Shown in pieces: positions 60,007 through 64,000 of a DNA stretch of 64,000 nt. The stretch's first letter is position 1; each line of letters opens with the position of its first letter. The notes under the pieces are model-generated. The model was not told the origin of the DNA, did not search any database, and saw nothing but the letters and a program-made list of their open reading frames with translations. Origin of the DNA: Selaginella moellendorffii (taxonomy: Eukaryota > Plantae > Lycopodiophyta); assembly GCF_000143415.4 (NCBI RefSeq), contig NW_003314271.1, positions 1,656,806-1,720,805 of the forward strand. The letters run 5' to 3'. A program made the translations under genes and the position numbers.

Positions 60007-60479
60007 ATGGCGATGCTTTCGTTTTGTTCTCCGAGCGTCTCCCTGCCCTGGAACACGAAATTGGGAGGGAGGAAACGCGATGGAGTAATCTCTCGAGCAG
60101 CGCTCGACAAGGTAAGTTTTCCCGGATGATTTTATGCGAGTGCTGCCATTGCCATACATTCCAGGGGGGAAATTGCGCGACTTGCAAAGGCAAAGGCGCC
60201 ATGGAGTGCAAGGGATGCAAGGTGAGAACTCGACTCCAAAAACCCCCTTGACAAAACAATGTGGCAATCGAATTGGGTTGCAGGGAACTGGCAAGAACAA
60301 GAAGAATGGCAATGTTTTCGAGCGATGGAAGTAAGAAGTTTGGCACAATTCCTTGAGAATCCTCATGGAAGCACTAAATTCTACTCTCCAGATGCTTTGA
60401 TTGCCAAGGCTTTGGATATGTGAGCTGCCCAAGATGTGGCAAAGGTGGATTGACCCCAGAACAAAGGGGAGAAAGATAA
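60007..60479 (+). CDS. Plastid DnaJ-type (CxxCxGxG) zinc-finger protein without J-domain, ENA-like, 4 exons
   Basis: Transit-peptide-like exon 1; CATCKGKGAMECKGCK|GTGKNKKNGNVFERWK|CFDCQGFGYVSCPRCGKGGLTPEQRGER*. Confidence 0.88.
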
Positions 60480-61316
60480 GGTTTATAAGATTTTTAAGGT
60501 GAAGCGGCAACCAAACCTAATTATATAATTTCTTCATACTTAAACTATTGCAAATGACAACCCATCAGCGCAGCCACACTACTTCGCCAGCATTCCTGTG
60601 GTAGAGGCTGAATTCCACGCTCTTGGTGACGGAGGCTACACGTTTGCACGATGCGATCTTTTTTATCATAGCCCTAAGAAGCTCAGATAGTTTGATGCAA
60701 CACTCTGCCTACTCTGCTGTATCCCTTCACAAATCTCTACAGTGACCGGCGGTGCCAAGGCAATCGACTTGGTGTCACAAAACACTTGACAGCTCACTTG
60801 AAATAAGCCAAAAAAAAAACCAAAATTCAAGCTTAGTGTTAGAGACTTTTTTGCACTCCAGTTTTGCTTTGCATATTTTCTCAACCAGAGGTATTGTCCT
60901 CTTCAAAGAATTTCCAAAACTGTCTTCCTTTGTCTGAATTGGGTGTAAGGTTCCATCGTCTCCCTTCTCACTTAAGTTTTGAACCGACTGCTCCAGAACT
61001 TGTTAGCCATGAACATAATTAGTTGAAGAAGAAAACCTTTGTAATCTCCTCGTAAATTGCCAGTTGAATCTTCTTCGTGCTTCTTGGAAATTGGTTGTTT
61101 CTGCCTCCAGATCCACCTCCAGCTGTTGCATTCTGAATTCCATTCTGGACATCAAAATACTATCAATCTTTAAACTATATAGCTACAATGGGGCAGCTCC
61201 TTACTTGTACGCTGTTGCATGCGTCACACGTGGAAAAAAGCGGAGTGGGCCGTTTGCCACGTCAACTGGAACACTTCGTCATGCTTTAGGGGTTTAGGGT
61301 TGTGCGGGCTGTGGCT

Positions 61317-61974
61317 ATGGCAGGCTCTAGCGGCAGCCAGGGAGGCCTTGAGGTCTGTCCGCCAGAGAAATTTTCTTGCTCTAGCTCGATTTTGTGTAGG
61401 CTTTGTCAGGATGCGGCGAGGACTCTGGCTGGGTGGAGGCCAGGACGAGCTGTCCGCATCTCGATCGAGTTTGCAACGCGCCTCTCTTGCCTCGATTTGA
61501 TGCGCCCTGTGCAATGTATGTGGGTGGGATCTCCATTGCCTGACAATCCCTCGGGATTGAGTGCTTGACTGATCTTTCTCTTTTCTCTCATCGCTTGTTT
61601 GTTGTTTTCCTTGATTTGTTTTTTCCATTTGTCCGCAGCTGCGGTGATCATCGCGAGAATTGGGTGTGCTTGAGCTGCCGAAAAGTCTTGTGTGGACGAT
61701 TCATCAATGGACATATGCTGTCACACTTCCAAGAGTTTGGTCATCCATCGGCTTTAAGCTACAGGTGGAATCTTTGTGTCTTCCTCTCTTGGTTTTTTGC
61801 CTTGTTCGCTCATGAGCTTCCTTGTTTTTCTCTTGCGAATCTGGCAGGGATTTGTCCGTATGGTGTTTCGCTTGCGATAGTTACCTGGATGCTCAAGTTA
61901 TCAGCGAGCTCCGGCCAGCGTTTGATGCCGCGCACGCCATGAAATTTGGCACTCCAGCTCCACTTCGCTGTTAA
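61317..61974 (+). CDS. Stand-alone UBP-type (HDAC6-like) ubiquitin-binding zinc finger protein, 4 exons
   Basis: [72 protein letters not shown]. Confidence 0.88.
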
Positions 61975-62165
61975 ACCTTCTTTAAAACTTCTACGCTCGT
62001 GCTTTCTCTTTCGCTGTTTGATTCCTTGCCCAGGAGATCTCGAAACAAACAAGTATAAACTAAAAACTTTCCCATGAAATTTATTTCTTCGATCCCGTGA
62101 TCAACAACCAGACAACCAGACAAATATCGTCAGAGATATAAAAACATCACAGGACAGGCAGGATT

Positions 62166-62651
62166 TTACGAGATCTTCGTCGCCGCTCTCTCGAGGCTCC
62201 GGATTCCCAGCCTGAGGTAAAGCTCTTGCTGCTCCTTTGTTTTCTCACTCATGATGCTCATTCCAAAAGACCAGCGGACAATCGTTTTGCTCCCATCGCA
62301 GCTCTTGGCGAGCTTGAGAGTGGCGGAGTAGTCTTGGAGGCCAAAGTTCCCTGCAATTATCTTGTAGCTCATGCTGTACCTGGCGGCGGAGAAGGCCGTG
62401 AGTTCCTCCTCCACCCACCGGAACTTACCATTGCTGCTTGGAACAGACTCAGCGTAGCGGACTCCCGGTTTGATCTCGTAACACTTTCGAATCGTTGGCA
62501 CCCAGGACGCGAGGTCGTAAAAATCCGACACGATCTTCCAGGCTTTGTGGAGTGGGACTGAGATCGTCGCGGCTGCCAATCCGTGAACTCTCTTGTGGTG
62601 ATGCTTGCGATTCCTGGGAGAATGGCTAGCATTGCGATTCGCGAGCTCCAT
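62166..62651 (-). CDS. SRPBCC/polyketide-cyclase (lachrymatory-factor-synthase-like) protein, intronless
   Basis: AWKIVSDFYDLASWVPTI..C...PGVRY...WVEEEL...MSYKII.GN.GL.DY.AT...IVRWSF; ATG at 62651. Confidence 0.85.
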   Translation of the reverse strand: MELANRNASHSPRNRKHHHKRVHGLAAATISVPLHKAWKIVSDFYDLASWVPTIRKCYEIKPGVRYAESVPSSNGKFRWVEEELTAFSAARYSMSYKIIAGNFGLQDYSATLKLAKSCDGSKTIVRWSFGMSIMSEKTKEQQELYLRLGIRSLERAATKIS

Positions 62652-63241
62652 GCGAAGAACAAGTCTCTGGAGGAAAAAGTCCTGGAAGAACAAAATTTGG
62701 AAGAAACTTGGAAGAAGTTGGGATGAACACGGAAGATCCGGCGAGCGCTTTGGCCGCCGCGACCTCTGGGGTAATTGCGCTGTCGCTATTAAAATTTGTG
62801 TTCCACTGCCACTAGAATACGCACATTGTTTGGCTGGATCTTGCTTTCACACTAAGCAGTGACGCAAGAACTTCTCTATCATCCGCGTGGCACAAGTGGA
62901 TTGGTGACCACTGGCCACGTGTGTCATGCGATACACGATCTGGCCCCGCCGGACGGCCCAGATGTGTCAAAACGGCCAGCGATGCAACGAAGGTGATTGT
63001 ACCACGTGGCTGGCGTTGTGGATGGCTGGAATGTGGCCACGTTGCTAGTATCTGGTACCGTAGGATCTGGTTTAAATGCGCCGAGGTGTTTGTCTCATAA
63101 ACAGTTATCTATCCATCTGTCTCTATAAACTCTGCGTTTCTCCGAGTTGCTGGAGTTTTCTCGCGATCAAGATCTCTGGATTTCTCTTTAGCTCGCTCGC
63201 TCGCTCGCTCGATTTCTTTTTTCTCATCCATTCTTCATACC

Positions 63242-63685
63242 ATGGACTGCCAGAGTGGAGCATATAGAACGCAAGGAATGGTGCTTGGAAGCATTGCGGC
63301 GCCGGTGGAGAGGGTGTGGCGGATCGCGGCGAACTTCTACGAGCTTGGGCGATGGGTTCCGACGGTGGAGGAGTGCCTCCGGATCGAAGAGGGCGTGAGG
63401 CTCGTGAGATCGTTTCCGCGGCCCGATGGGCAAGTGACCTGGGTCAAGGAGAGGATGGTGAGGCTGGATGATGAGAATCACTGCCTGTCCTACGAGATGG
63501 TGGAAGGAAACATGGGACTGGAGGAGTACGATGCCACGCTCGAGCTCTCGCGAGCCGGAACCACGACCACTCTGGTGCGCTGGTCGTTCCAGATGAGCTC
63601 CAGGAGCGCCAAGAACCGGCAGGAGCAAGAGGAGTTCTTGCGGTGGGGGATCAAAAGACTTGGGGAAGCTGCTGCGAGCTACTAG
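63242..63685 (+). CDS. SRPBCC/polyketide-cyclase (lachrymatory-factor-synthase-like) protein, paralog, intronless
   Basis: VWRIAANFYELGRWVPTVEEC...WVKERM...LSYEMVEGNMGLEEYDAT...LVRWSF. Confidence 0.88.
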   Translation: MDCQSGAYRTQGMVLGSIAAPVERVWRIAANFYELGRWVPTVEECLRIEEGVRLVRSFPRPDGQVTWVKERMVRLDDENHCLSYEMVEGNMGLEEYDATLELSRAGTTTTLVRWSFQMSSRSAKNRQEQEEFLRWGIKRLGEAAASY

Positions 63686-64000
63686 CGCTAGCTTCGATAT
63701 GGAAGAAAAGTTCAAGATAGAAATCTATAAACTACTGGAAACCAGCATTGAACAAAGAGAACGTGGGAGAGGGATTTGCTTGGAGTGCCCGGGACCGAAA
63801 GCGTCAAGATTCGCCTTTTTGGAAGCATTGACAATTCTATCTAGTTGCCGAAGATGTGAATCTTAAATCAACTTTAAAAGTTTGAAAGCGTAAAACTAAA
63901 AGTTTTAAACTAACTAAAGAAACCCTAATATCTTGTTGGCTCTCAGCCGTCGATGCACCGTATCCGACGCTCCAGATTGAGTCTGTCATGTGTCTAAATC

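Noticed and set aside
60560-61282. Possible minus-strand multi-exon gene between the DnaJ-ZnF and zf-UBP genes
   Set aside because: Exon-like pieces exist, but I could not join them in frame or recognise a product.

Overview
Eukaryotic land-plant genomic DNA. Very short GT-AG introns (about 40-60 bp), dense genes and intronless PLS-type PPR genes suggest the lycophyte Selaginella; this is an inference. Most notable is the region at about 1.06-14.27 kb, a decayed ~13 kb Mutator-like (MULE) DNA transposon between degenerate inverted repeats. It encodes a WRKY/GCM-type Zn-finger + DDE + SWIM transposase. It also carries a prokaryote-like cargo: a spliced beta-class amino-(N4C/N6A) DNA methyltransferase, a spliced ParB/Srx-domain protein with a GC-rich palindrome array in its first intron, and two tandem small Zn-finger genes. 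A solo LTR with a perfect 5-bp TSD interrupts the transposase, and the element is riddled with C>T/G>A-type lesions. The 14-22 kb and 50-54.5 kb stretches are AT-rich TE graveyards containing Cassandra-like 5S-bearing TRIMs, a second LTR copy, Ty3/gypsy pol remnants and a PPR relic. The rest is a compact gene island: pfkB kinase, SGF29 plus a partial duplicate, an orphan membrane-anchored protein, a 3-copy orphan family, a TPR-SET pseudogene, CcdA, GAPC head-to-head with RPL3, two PLS-PPRs, an intronless PLATZ, a DnaJ-type Zn finger, a stand-alone zf-UBP, and a divergent pair of SRPBCC (lachrymatory-factor-synthase-like) genes. All calls come from reading the sequence by eye; no searches were run.
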